Virus record (IMG/VR): IMGVR_UViG_3300012827_000001
Location: 19,980-83,979 of that record
Length of the DNA: 64,000 nucleotides
Reading direction: 5' to 3' (one strand)
DNA from: a virus
Lineage: Duplodnaviria; Caudoviricetes
The position numbers and the translations under genes were made by a program. This document shows, piece after piece, positions 1 through 7,709 of this stretch (position 1 is the first letter of the stretch; every line of letters starts with the position of its first letter). The notes under the pieces were generated by a model. The model saw only the letters and a program-made list of their open reading frames with translations. It ran no database searches and was not told where the DNA came from.

Positions 1-71
1 TCCGGCCCGGGGTGAGCGGGGACCGTGCGCGCGACCTACTGTCACGCGGCTTACCGTCCCGCCTCTCACCT

Positions 72-205
72 ACTAAAGCGGGCTCGCGCGAACCTTTCCG
101 GTCCGGCGCGGGTGAGTCTGCGGGGACGTGTGAGCGTCGTCCGTGCGTCGCTCTCTCTCGTCCCTGCCTCACACACTAAAGCGGGCCCGTGCCGACCATT
201 CCGGT
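72..205 (-). repeat. Two 31-bp direct repeats (72-102, 175-205), possible tandem leftward promoters
   Basis: actaaagcgggctcgcgcgaacctttccggt vs actaaagcgggcccgtgccgaccattccggt, 26/31 identical; on minus strand each runs into TAGTAG/TAGTGT (-10-like). Confidence 0.6.
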
Positions 206-244
206 GCCGCACGTGACCGCGTGCACGCCTGCCTGCGGGCACAG

Positions 245-276
245 AAAAGGCCCCACCTACCGGAGTAGGTGGGGCC
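245..276 (-). terminator. Intrinsic terminator after ORF 291-1658
   Basis: 12-bp stem ggccccacctac/gtaggtggggcc, 4-nt loop, followed by TTTT on minus strand. Confidence 0.8.
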
Positions 277-290
277 CGATCCGTGGGCCG

Positions 291-1658
291 CTAGGCGCCG
301 ATAGCGGCGTCTCGTGCGACGTCGGCTGCGAGTGCGGCCTCGCGTGCCGCGCGGTACGCGATCACCGCAGCGCGCTCGTCGGGCGTCGCGCGTCCGGCGG
401 GCGCCCGCCCGGCCGTGCGGGCTGCGCGTCCGGCCGCGCGGGCGTCGGCCAGGCGACCGTAGGCGTCGGCCTCGCGACGCCACGCGGCGAGCGCGTCACG
501 GATGGCGTCGCGGACGACGTACTCACGCTGCCCGCCGTCCGGACGGCCCACCGGCACGTCCGTAGGTCCGCCGATGAATCCGTCGTGCAACGGCCCGTGG
601 TCGCGCGTGACCGTGGGCATCGGCGCGGCACTCTCACCCGCCAGCCGCTCACGGTCACGGTAGACGCCGACACCACCACCGGCGCGGACACCGGCACCGG
701 GCGCGCCCGACATCGCGCCCGACCGCCCCTTGGCGCCCGTGTTGGCACGCGGCCCGCGCGGCGCCGACACCGTGCCCGCGACCCCCTTGACGTCGGTCCG
801 CATGATGCCCCGCATGTCCGCGCCCGACAATGCGCCCGTGACCGCGCGGATCATCTCGACCCGGTCGGCGTCGCCCTGCCACCCGTAGCGACGGATCGTC
901 GCGCCACCGTCAATGAGTACCGATGCCACACGCCGGTATGCCGTACGCCCGGACGGGTCCGAGACGATCCTCCCGGCGTCGTGAGCGCGGGACACGATGT
1001 CGTCCCGGCACGCCGCCCACATGTGCAGCGCGTCACGCACCCGCTGGCCGCGCGTGTCCCGATCCGTCGTGTCCGCGTGCGGCAGCAGGGTCCCCGTGGC
1101 AGGCATGCCGCCGCGCCCGATCGGGCAGTACGTCGCCCACACGGCCAGCCGGTACGCGGCCACGTCCCGCCGCGCGAGCGCCGCCCACGCCAGCGCGTCC
1201 ACGTCCGCGTAGTGCACGACGACATCCGTCGTGCCCGTGCCCACGATGCCGCCCGCGCTATCCGGCGCCGACGGCAGATCACCCGTCATCTGCGCACGCT
1301 CCACACCACGGGACCGCAGCGTCCTTCCCTCCCACATGACGGCCTGCCGTGCCGCCGACGTGTCCGCCGACATGTCCGCACCGCGCGCCAGCAGATTCAC
1401 GACGATGTCCTGCGACACATCGTCCGCCGTGAGCCCCGGCACGCCCGACGCCACCCGGTACGCCGTACGCCGCACGTACGTGTACAGGTCCGCCGACAGT
1501 CCCGCCGGTGCCACCGTGCACGTACCGTCGTCCGACCCCACCACTCGCGCCGACGCGTGCGCCCGGGCCATCGCCCGCCGCATGCCCGTCGTCCCGTTGT
1601 CCGCCTGCCGCGTCGCCTCGCGTGCCGCCGCGTCGGCGGTCACCACTGTTCCACGCAT
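291..1658 (-). CDS. Hypothetical protein with weak sigma-70 region-2-like N-terminal segment
   Basis: 455 aa, RBS GGGAAGGA before ATG, own terminator; LYTYVRRTAYRV...ADDVSQDIVVNLL resembles ECF sigma region 2. Confidence 0.55.
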   Translation of the reverse strand: MRGTVVTADAAAREATRQADNGTTGMRRAMARAHASARVVGSDDGTCTVAPAGLSADLYTYVRRTAYRVASGVPGLTADDVSQDIVVNLLARGADMSADTSAARQAVMWEGRTLRSRGVERAQMTGDLPSAPDSAGGIVGTGTTDVVVHYADVDALAWAALARRDVAAYRLAVWATYCPIGRGGMPATGTLLPHADTTDRDTRGQRVRDALHMWAACRDDIVSRAHDAGRIVSDPSGRTAYRRVASVLIDGGATIRRYGWQGDADRVEMIRAVTGALSGADMRGIMRTDVKGVAGTVSAPRGPRANTGAKGRSGAMSGAPGAGVRAGGGVGVYRDRERLAGESAAPMPTVTRDHGPLHDGFIGGPTDVPVGRPDGGQREYVVRDAIRDALAAWRREADAYGRLADARAAGRAARTAGRAPAGRATPDERAAVIAYRAAREAALAADVARDAAIGA

Positions 1659-1768
1659 GGTCCCGTTCCTTCCCTATGTCCGGATCACCTGTTGTGACCG
1701 AATCACGTGCACTAGTGGTCCGCGACGACCGTGAGCACCTACGTGCCGCTAGTGCTGACCGTCAGCCG

Positions 1769-1891
1769 TCACATTCCGACCCATCGGCCGACGACCCCTA
1801 GTGCCCACACGATGCCGAGCACCGTGACCGGCAGTGCTGCGACCGCGACGACGACGACGACCTGGCCGATCCTGCGAGCAATGGCGAACAT
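1769..1891 (-). CDS. Small membrane peptide (40 aa)
   Basis: AGAGGA RBS then MFAIARRIGQVVVVVAVAALPVTVLGIVWALGVVGRWVGM; one hydrophobic span; absent from ORF track. Confidence 0.6.
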   Translation of the reverse strand: MFAIARRIGQVVVVVAVAALPVTVLGIVWALGVVGRWVGM

Positions 1892-2336
1892 GGTTGGTTC
1901 CTCTCATCCGCGCACGCGTTGTGCGTGCACATACAGTGTCGGCCACATATAGCGACACCTAGAGCCCTAATCCGAGTTCGTTATACAACCGTGACCCAAC
2001 ATCACCCGTGACCGGTCCGCCCGAGCCGTCCCGAGCTGCGAGCTCTCACCCGCTACGACCGATACGTCGAGCCGGCCCCACCGTCATGTCCGAAACGCCC
2101 GACCAGCTCACATCCCCCCCGGTTAGTCGTGCAATGTCCGAAACAAGTGAAATTCCTAACGGCAGGTCTTCTCTCGCGATAGGACCGCCACGGATTTTCG
2201 ATAACGGGTTCTTGCGCCCGCTCTGAGGGTGGCTTGTGGTCGTCGATGCCGGAGGCATCGTTGCTGGTGGGGTCTGATCGCCCGTGTTCTGGCGACGCTT
2301 GATCAGACTCGGGTCAGACTCTGGTGCCGCTTCCGA

Positions 2337-2358
2337 GATTCCTGCGCTAGCAGTAATC
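2337..2358. promoter_or_regulatory. 22-bp palindromic operator-like site
   Basis: GATTCCTGC GCTA GCAGTAATC. Confidence 0.7.
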
Positions 2359-2615
2359 GTGGAGGGTTGCCCGTTCAGCCAGGGTTGACGGATGGTGGGT
2401 GGCGTTGGGTGCACGAGCGCCTCATGGCAGGCCAAGGAGTCAACGCCTCATCTCCGGCGAAGGCACATGCTAGGTCGGGCCCCTGGCCTGGCCGGAGGGT
2501 TCCTTTCCCCTCCTCAGGGAGTGACCTGCTCCGCGGCCAACGAGAGCCTCTCCGGGCTGTACGCCGGGGGGGCTTTCGTTTACCCTGGGGCCCTTCCCTC
2601 ACGAAAGGAGATGTC

Positions 2616-2969
2616 ATGGCGACGAGGGTCATCAAGCTGCTGACCGACGACCTCACTGGAGAGGAGGGTGCGACGACGTACCAGTTCTCTCTCGGGACCG
2701 CGAGCTACGAGATCGATCTGGCCGATGGTGGTGTAGAGCTGAGGAAGGCGCTGGAGCCGTTCATCGCTGCCGGCCGCCGGTCGTCGGCGGCGGCACGGTT
2801 CCGCCGGTCGGAGCCGGCGCCGGATCGCACGGAGTACCTCGCGAAGCTGCGGGCCTGGGCGAAGGATGCCGGGATCCACGTCAGTGCTCGGGGCCGTGTG
2901 CCGCGGGAGGTCGAGGAGAAGTACGAGGCTCACCTTCGCGAGCCGGTGAAGGCCGGCAAGCGCAAGTAG
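2616..2969 (+). CDS. lsr2: Lsr2 family nucleoid-associated protein/silencer
   Basis: AAAGGAG RBS; MATRVIKLLTDDLTG, YEIDL, C-terminal LRAWAKDAGIHVSARGRVP with RGR AT-hook. Confidence 0.93.
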   Translation: MATRVIKLLTDDLTGEEGATTYQFSLGTASYEIDLADGGVELRKALEPFIAAGRRSSAAARFRRSEPAPDRTEYLAKLRAWAKDAGIHVSARGRVPREVEEKYEAHLREPVKAGKRK

Positions 2970-3000
2970 TTCTTCTCGCCCCACCGGGACGAATCCACTC

Positions 3001-3050
3001 ACCCCGGGGCGCATGGTGTCAGCAATGAGACCGCGCGCCCTGGGGTGTTT
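3001..3050 (+). terminator. Hairpin after lsr2, probable terminator
   Basis: accccggggcgc/gcgccctggggt outer stem, inner stem with GCAA loop, followed by gtttt. Confidence 0.6.
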
Positions 3051-3063
3051 TCGTGTGCTCTGG

Positions 3064-3270
3064 CCTGGTCCCACGGTTCCCCCCCGTGTCAAGCCGCGTC
3101 GTTGCGGCGGGGTGAACGTACGTCCTCCGATCGGCACAGCGCTTCACCCTCAAGTTCTGGTGGCAACGTGCCGAGTAGGCGCTGGACGTTTGCCCAGGAC
3201 GTGTGGCCTGGCTGTGACCAGGAGGTCCACCCGTAGGAGTGAGCGCGGGTTGTGCAACGCGCGACACTCC
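3064..3270 (+). ncRNA. Candidate structured (pseudoknotted) non-coding RNA
   Basis: Intergenic; four perfect 7-bp helices cctggtc/gaccagg, gggtgaa/ttcaccc, tcggcac/gtgccga, acgtcct/aggacgt plus further hairpins; strand not established. Confidence 0.35.
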
Positions 3271-3284
3271 ATGCGTCTCGCCGC

Positions 3285-3306
3285 GATTCCTGCTAGCGCA
3301 CGAATC
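3285..3306. promoter_or_regulatory. 22-bp palindromic operator-like site
   Basis: GATTCCTGC TAGC GCACGAATC, extended by ccgc/gcgg; upstream of sigma operon. Confidence 0.75.
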
Positions 3307-3350
3307 GCGGAGTCGCGACTTCATGGCCTTCCACGCGGTGGACTTGGTGG

Positions 3351-3647
3351 ATGGGACGCCGCATGAAGGAGCCACGGTTCGAGCCGACGTGGGGTGAGCG
3401 ACTGTTCAGTCGGTTGCCGCGGAGCTTTGGCTGGATCCATTTCGCCACCCGTGAGGACTTTGAGCGCGGCGATGGGTCGACGTTCGTGCGCAAGGCGTAC
3501 GTGGTGCCGGTCTTCGAGAACGAGTCGTCGCTCATCATGTTCCCTGGCATGTACATCCCCGGAACGAAGACGTTCGTGGAGTACATGAATCTGGATGCCC
3601 TGACGGAGATCATCGAAGAGGAGTGGGATGTCGACGGAGAGGATTGA
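3351..3647 (+). CDS. Hypothetical protein
   Basis: 98 aa ORF overlapping sigma gene start. Confidence 0.65.
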   Translation: MGRRMKEPRFEPTWGERLFSRLPRSFGWIHFATREDFERGDGSTFVRKAYVVPVFENESSLIMFPGMYIPGTKTFVEYMNLDALTEIIEEEWDVDGED

Positions 3648-4389
3648 CCCGGATCGACCACTGCTCCCAGCCAAGTGGGCGGCGGCGAAGGCGGGCGACG
3701 ACAAGGCTGTGGCCTGGCTCGTGGAGAGGTACCACTGGCTGGCGTTGAAGGTGGCGCGGGCGAAGAACGTGCCACCCCACTTCGACCGCGAGGACGTGGT
3801 GTCGTGGGCGAACTGGGGGCTGTTCGACGCCGTCCGGAAGTTCAAGCCGGAGGCGAACACGGACGGCAAGCTCCACGAGCATTTCATCGGCTTCGGGACG
3901 TTGCGGATCCACGGCGCGATCCTGGATGGGATGAAGGCTCCGGGTCAGTCCTGGGCAACGCGCGAGGTGTGGCGCCAGATGCGTGAGATGAAGACGACGA
4001 CCGAGCTGCTGGAGCAGTCGCTGGGTCGGCCGGTGACTCGTCGGGACGTCGCGGAACAGCTTGGAGTGCCGGAGTCGTCCCTCCCGGTGTTCCAGCAGCA
4101 GATCCCGCTGACAGCGGTGGGTACGCCGAACGACGACGACATCATGGAGTACGACTTCTTCCATGACCCGGCGACCGCGGACGCTTCTGCGGAGGTCGCC
4201 GTGATGGTCCACCGGGTCGCAGCAGCCCTGGCGGCGCTGCCCGAGGAGAGTCAGGAGTTCCTGGCTGAGACGTATCTGGGTTCGGGTGTGGTGGACGCGC
4301 CTGCGGCTGTGCGCAAGCGCCGGCGCCAGGAATCACTCCTTGCGCTGCGTGACGTGCTGCAGCGGACTCAGGTCGATCCCACGAGGTAA
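3628..4389 (+). CDS. FliA/WhiG-like sigma-70 factor with degenerate region 4.2
   Basis: Region 2 LVERYHWLALKVA...DREDVVSWANWGLFDAVRKF...IHGAILDGM; region 3 LEQSLGRPVTRRDVAEQLGV; region 4.1 AAALAALPEESQEFLAETY. Confidence 0.85.
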   Translation: MSTERIDPDRPLLPAKWAAAKAGDDKAVAWLVERYHWLALKVARAKNVPPHFDREDVVSWANWGLFDAVRKFKPEANTDGKLHEHFIGFGTLRIHGAILDGMKAPGQSWATREVWRQMREMKTTTELLEQSLGRPVTRRDVAEQLGVPESSLPVFQQQIPLTAVGTPNDDDIMEYDFFHDPATADASAEVAVMVHRVAAALAALPEESQEFLAETYLGSGVVDAPAAVRKRRRQESLLALRDVLQRTQVDPTR

Positions 4390-4406
4390 CCGGAAGGAGA
4401 ACCGAG

Positions 4407-4625
4407 ATGGCTAGACGCAGGCCGCAGGTGGTGCCACTGGACCCGCCTGTCGTGGATGTCGAGCAGGCTGTGGTGCTCACGGGGGACTGTGACGAGCCCC
4501 TGCCTGAGCGCGAGGTCGGCACTCACGTCGAGGAGGCTGTTGTCCCGTTCGAGGTTCGTCCCGACGGGTCCATTGCGCACTTCGCCCATGAGGCGGGGCG
4601 GGCTCAGCGAGAGATGGGGAGCTGA
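4407..4625 (+). CDS. Hypothetical protein
   Basis: 72 aa, AAGGAG RBS, TGATG-coupled to next gene. Confidence 0.7.
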   Translation: MARRRPQVVPLDPPVVDVEQAVVLTGDCDEPLPEREVGTHVEEAVVPFEVRPDGSIAHFAHEAGRAQREMGS

Positions 4626-5026
4626 TGACGGACTATCCGTACAAGGACACGACGAAGCCGGAGGTGACCGTCGGCCGGACTTCGCATGTCGGCGCGGCGG
4701 TCCTCAATCCGGGCTTCGCCACGGACCAGCCGGCTGACGTGCCGGGCCGGTTCCGGACGTACAAGCCGACCCTGGAGATCAGTGGTGGGTCGACGGTGGG
4801 GGTCGAGGAAGAGCTGGAGCTGACTCTCACGGCCACCTATGTCGACGCTCACGGTGAGGATGTGGAGGTCGACGCCACCGCGCGGGCGACCTGGTATTCG
4901 TCGGATGTGACGAAGGCGACTGTCGAGGCCGGCGTGGTGACGGGTGTCGCCGCGGGCTCGACGACCATCACGGCAGTGTTCGACGGTGTGACGCAGACGC
5001 AGGAAGTCACGGTGACCGCCGACTGA
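4625..5026 (+). CDS. Ig-like (Big_2-type) domain protein
   Basis: TATY.D...ATWYSSDVTKATVEAGVVTGVAAGSTTITAVFDG. Confidence 0.8.
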   Translation: MTDYPYKDTTKPEVTVGRTSHVGAAVLNPGFATDQPADVPGRFRTYKPTLEISGGSTVGVEEELELTLTATYVDAHGEDVEVDATARATWYSSDVTKATVEAGVVTGVAAGSTTITAVFDGVTQTQEVTVTAD

Positions 5027-5049
5027 CCTGGGAGGTGATCCCCATCTGC

Positions 5050-5078
5050 CTTGAGCCCCCGCTCGACGGGGGCTCAAG
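5050..5078. terminator. Perfect hairpin
   Basis: cttgagcccccg/cgggggctcaag 12-bp stem. Confidence 0.6.
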
Positions 5079-5106
5079 TGCGTGAGGGGTAAGTCGCTTC
5101 ATGACG

Positions 5107-5133
5107 AGGCCCCGACTTCGGTCGGGGCCTTTG
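5107..5133 (+). terminator. Intrinsic terminator
   Basis: aggccccgac-TTCG-gtcggggcct followed by tt. Confidence 0.75.
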
Positions 5134-5137
5134 TCGC

Positions 5138-5145
5138 GTCGAGTG
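5138..5145 (+). promoter_or_regulatory. Candidate late promoter element GTCGAGTG
   Basis: Exact octamer just after terminator, upstream of lysis cassette. Confidence 0.55.
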
Positions 5146-5188
5146 CGATGAGCAGGATCGGCGAGGGGGACGCGATGGAGCTCACGGC

Positions 5189-5641
5189 ATGACTGAGCAG
5201 AAGATGTCGGCGCGAGCACGCGCCTATCTGGGCATCACGGCAGGGTTCCACCTGTCGCTAGGTAGTTTCTGCCTTCTGGCGCCTCATGCGTTCATGTCGC
5301 CTTCGTATGAGGGTCTGCGAAACGCGATGCCTGTGCCGTATTCGTTGGATCTGGCCGCGTGGGGGGCGGTGTTCGCCCTCGTCGGCATCGCGTGCGCGTT
5401 CGCGGCGGTCTTCGGGCGCGAATCCACAGCCAGGACGTCTCTGCTGCTTTCCGTCATTGTCACGGGAGCGGTAGCGGGGTCGTTCCTCGCCAGCTGGGTG
5501 TCAGGGACGCTTCAGGGGCCGACTGGTCCGCTCGTCTGGTTGACCTTGGCGTTCAAGGACATGACGATGCTGCGCAACCCGCTCCGCAATCCGTTCGAGC
5601 CTGTCGTACAGAGGGTGCTCGCCAACACCAACGAGGGGTGA
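5189..5641 (+). CDS. Multi-pass membrane protein (lysis cassette, holin-like)
   Basis: About four hydrophobic helices, upstream of endolysin. Confidence 0.65.
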   Translation: MTEQKMSARARAYLGITAGFHLSLGSFCLLAPHAFMSPSYEGLRNAMPVPYSLDLAAWGAVFALVGIACAFAAVFGRESTARTSLLLSVIVTGAVAGSFLASWVSGTLQGPTGPLVWLTLAFKDMTMLRNPLRNPFEPVVQRVLANTNEG

Positions 5642-5680
5642 TCCCTGGTGCACGTCGCCGTTGTGGGCCAGGAGATCGCA

Positions 5681-6181
5681 ATGCAGCCGGGAGATGTTGC
5701 CCCCATCCTCACTGCGGCCGGGGTGATTGTCCTCGGCGTGCTGGGTGTGTTTCAGAACCGCGCCGGCCGCCGAGAGACACGTGAGCAGCAGATCGCCGCG
5801 CGCAAGCTTGAGGAGCGCGAGCAGAAGTTCGAGGAGATCATCGCCGCGAAGGACACGTACAAGGAACTCACTGAGGAGCTCCGATCAGAGCTTGATGCTC
5901 TGCGTGTTCGCCGCGACAAGGAGATCGCTGACACCCAGTCGCGTCATGACACCCAGGTGGAGCGCCTCAAGGACCGCTTGGACATGAAGGATTCGGAGGT
6001 GCGTGCCGCGCGTGCTTCCGAGGAGGCCCAGCGCGTTGCGTGCGGGTTGGAGCGTCAGCGCATGGCTGAGGTGGTCGCGCTGTTGACGGGTGCTCTGCGC
6101 TCGGAGGTCCACACGGAAATGGTGCGGCTGTCACACGAGGCGGCGGATGTGCATGGGGACTCCACGGAGCCTCCTCACTGA
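5681..6181 (+). CDS. Membrane-anchored coiled-coil protein (lysis cassette)
   Basis: AGGAGA RBS; N-terminal TM then long heptad-rich helix. Confidence 0.7.
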   Translation: MQPGDVAPILTAAGVIVLGVLGVFQNRAGRRETREQQIAARKLEEREQKFEEIIAAKDTYKELTEELRSELDALRVRRDKEIADTQSRHDTQVERLKDRLDMKDSEVRAARASEEAQRVACGLERQRMAEVVALLTGALRSEVHTEMVRLSHEAADVHGDSTEPPH

Positions 6182-6187
6182 AGCCCG

Positions 6188-6195
6188 GTCGAGCG
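6188..6195 (+). promoter_or_regulatory. Candidate late promoter element (GTCGAGCG)
   Basis: 7/8 match, 6 nt after a stop codon, upstream of endolysin. Confidence 0.4.
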
Positions 6196-6229
6196 GTCCA
6201 GGTGAAACGGAGACTCACCTGGAGGCATC

Positions 6230-6334
6230 ATGTCTGGTCCCGAAGACCCCGAGTTCCCCATCATCCTCGATGAGGACCTGCCCGAGGGGTTCGACCCCGA
6301 CGCGCTGGATGCGGACGAGGCGGACCCCTCGTGA
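6230..6334 (+). CDS. Small acidic peptide (34 aa)
   Basis: GGAGG RBS, MSGPEDPEFPIILDEDLPEGFDPDALDADEADPS, GTGA overlap with endolysin; absent from ORF track. Confidence 0.6.
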   Translation: MSGPEDPEFPIILDEDLPEGFDPDALDADEADPS

Positions 6335-7344
6335 GCCGCATCATCCCCCGCAGCGAGTGGGGCGCGACCCAGCCGGACGGGTTCGGCGCTCGCCCTGTCG
6401 GCTCCCTGGACAAGTGGCTTCACCACTCGGTGACCCTGGACCTTCCCGCCCCAGCATCTGAGGAGCAGGAGAAGGCACAGATGCGCCACATCGAGAAGGT
6501 GCGTCCCGACCTCGGCAGCCGGTTCCCGTACACGTTTGCGATCTTCCGCTCTGGTCGCATCTACCAGGGGCACACGGTGGGTCGTATCGGTGCGCACACG
6601 GGTGGGCGCAACAGCACCTCGGTCGGCATCGTCCTGGTTGGCAACTACCAGACGGCTGGCCCGTCGGATGCGCAGCGTCAGGCGCTTGCGTGGCTTCTTC
6701 GTCACGGCACAGACAACGGCTGGTGGAAGGTGGCGGCACTCACGGGCGGCCACCGTGACACCAAGTCGACAGCATGCCCCGGCAATGCGGCGTACGCGGC
6801 CATCCCGGGAATCAACACGCTGGCGCTCGGCGGGAGTCCGGTTTCTACGCCCTCTCCCGCTCCGACCACCCCTTCCTCGGGACGTCGGGTCCTGACGTAT
6901 GGGTCGAAGGGTGAGGACGTCAGGTTCCTGCAGTCGTTCCTCGGCCTGGCGACCGATGGGTCCTTCGGTCCTGCGACGCTGGCTGGCGTCAAGAAGTACC
7001 AGGCTGCGGTGGGCCTCGTCGCGGACGGGTCGGTTGGCCCGCTGACCTGGGCGAAGATCGGCGCCGGTGTGCGGCCCGGCGCCCCCGCTCCGGCCCCCGC
7101 TCCGGCTCCGAGCCCGAGTTCCCCGGTGCTTCGTCGTGGTTCTACGGGCCAGGCGGTGCGCAACCTGCAGGCGGGCCTGAACCGGGCCTTCCCTGCTTAC
7201 TCGAAGCTCTCCGTGGATGGAAGCTTCGGCCCCGCCACCGAGAAGGTGGTCAAGGAGTTCCAGCGCCGAGTCAGCATCGCGCAGGACGGCTCGGTCGGCC
7301 CTGTGACGCGCGGCAAGCTCGCGGCGCACGGCGTCACGTTCTGA
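6331..7344 (+). CDS. Endolysin: N-acetylmuramoyl-L-alanine amidase (amidase_2/PGRP-like) plus two peptidoglycan-binding domains
   Basis: WLHHS, YTFAI, GAHTGGRN, GHRD..STACPG; two LxxGSxGxxV...DGxFGPAT repeats. Confidence 0.92.
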   Translation: MSRIIPRSEWGATQPDGFGARPVGSLDKWLHHSVTLDLPAPASEEQEKAQMRHIEKVRPDLGSRFPYTFAIFRSGRIYQGHTVGRIGAHTGGRNSTSVGIVLVGNYQTAGPSDAQRQALAWLLRHGTDNGWWKVAALTGGHRDTKSTACPGNAAYAAIPGINTLALGGSPVSTPSPAPTTPSSGRRVLTYGSKGEDVRFLQSFLGLATDGSFGPATLAGVKKYQAAVGLVADGSVGPLTWAKIGAGVRPGAPAPAPAPAPSPSSPVLRRGSTGQAVRNLQAGLNRAFPAYSKLSVDGSFGPATEKVVKEFQRRVSIAQDGSVGPVTRGKLAAHGVTF

Positions 7345-7348
7345 GGAG

Positions 7349-7597
7349 ATGATCTGCATGGTGTGGACCAAGAAGTTCTGGCAGGGTGCGGCGGAACGTG
7401 CCTTGAAGACGTTCCTGCAGACGGGCGTGGCTGTTCTTGTTGCCCAGGTGGGGGCGGAGACGATCGGGGTGACTGCGGGGCTGACGGATGTCAACGCGCT
7501 GTCTGCGCTGAACGTTGCCGGCCTGGCGGCGTTCCTGTCGCTGGCGACGTCGGTGGGCAATGCGGACTTCACGGCGGGCCCCGACAGCGAGTGGTGA
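7349..7597 (+). CDS. Holin (r1t-like)
   Basis: WTKKFWQGAAERALKTFLQT plus two TM segments directly after endolysin. Confidence 0.85.
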   Translation: MICMVWTKKFWQGAAERALKTFLQTGVAVLVAQVGAETIGVTAGLTDVNALSALNVAGLAAFLSLATSVGNADFTAGPDSEW

Positions 7598-7621
7598 TGT
7601 TTGCTCGCTAGGCAAGCCAGA

Positions 7622-7664
7622 TCGACCCCCTCATCCTGGGTAGGCGCCCGGGTGAGGGGGTCGA
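7622..7664. terminator. Long hairpin after holin
   Basis: tcgaccccctcatcctggg/cccgggtgagggggtcga. Confidence 0.65.
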
Positions 7665-7684
7665 TTGCTGCTAGCGCAGGAATC
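7663..7684. promoter_or_regulatory. 22-bp palindromic operator-like site
   Basis: GATTGCTGC TAGC GCAGGAATC; overlaps GTCGATTG at 7660. Confidence 0.75.
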
Positions 7685-7709
7685 TCGTGCCGGAGTGAGG
7701 AGTGACCAC

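Noticed and set aside
177-198. TAAA...GCCGACCA resembling a FliA/WhiG promoter
   Set aside because: Spacer is about 10 nt rather than the expected 15-16, and the second repeat copy lacks GCCGA.
189-1697. 502-aa plus-strand ORF
   Set aside because: Shadow of the minus-strand gene, which has the RBS and terminator; Arg/Pro-rich composition typical of a GC-rich antisense frame.
3064-3270. Assignment of the structured region to a known riboswitch, tmRNA or ribozyme family
   Set aside because: I could not find the conserved cores (e.g. cobalamin B12 box, hammerhead CUGAUGA/GAAA), so it is kept only as an unassigned candidate.
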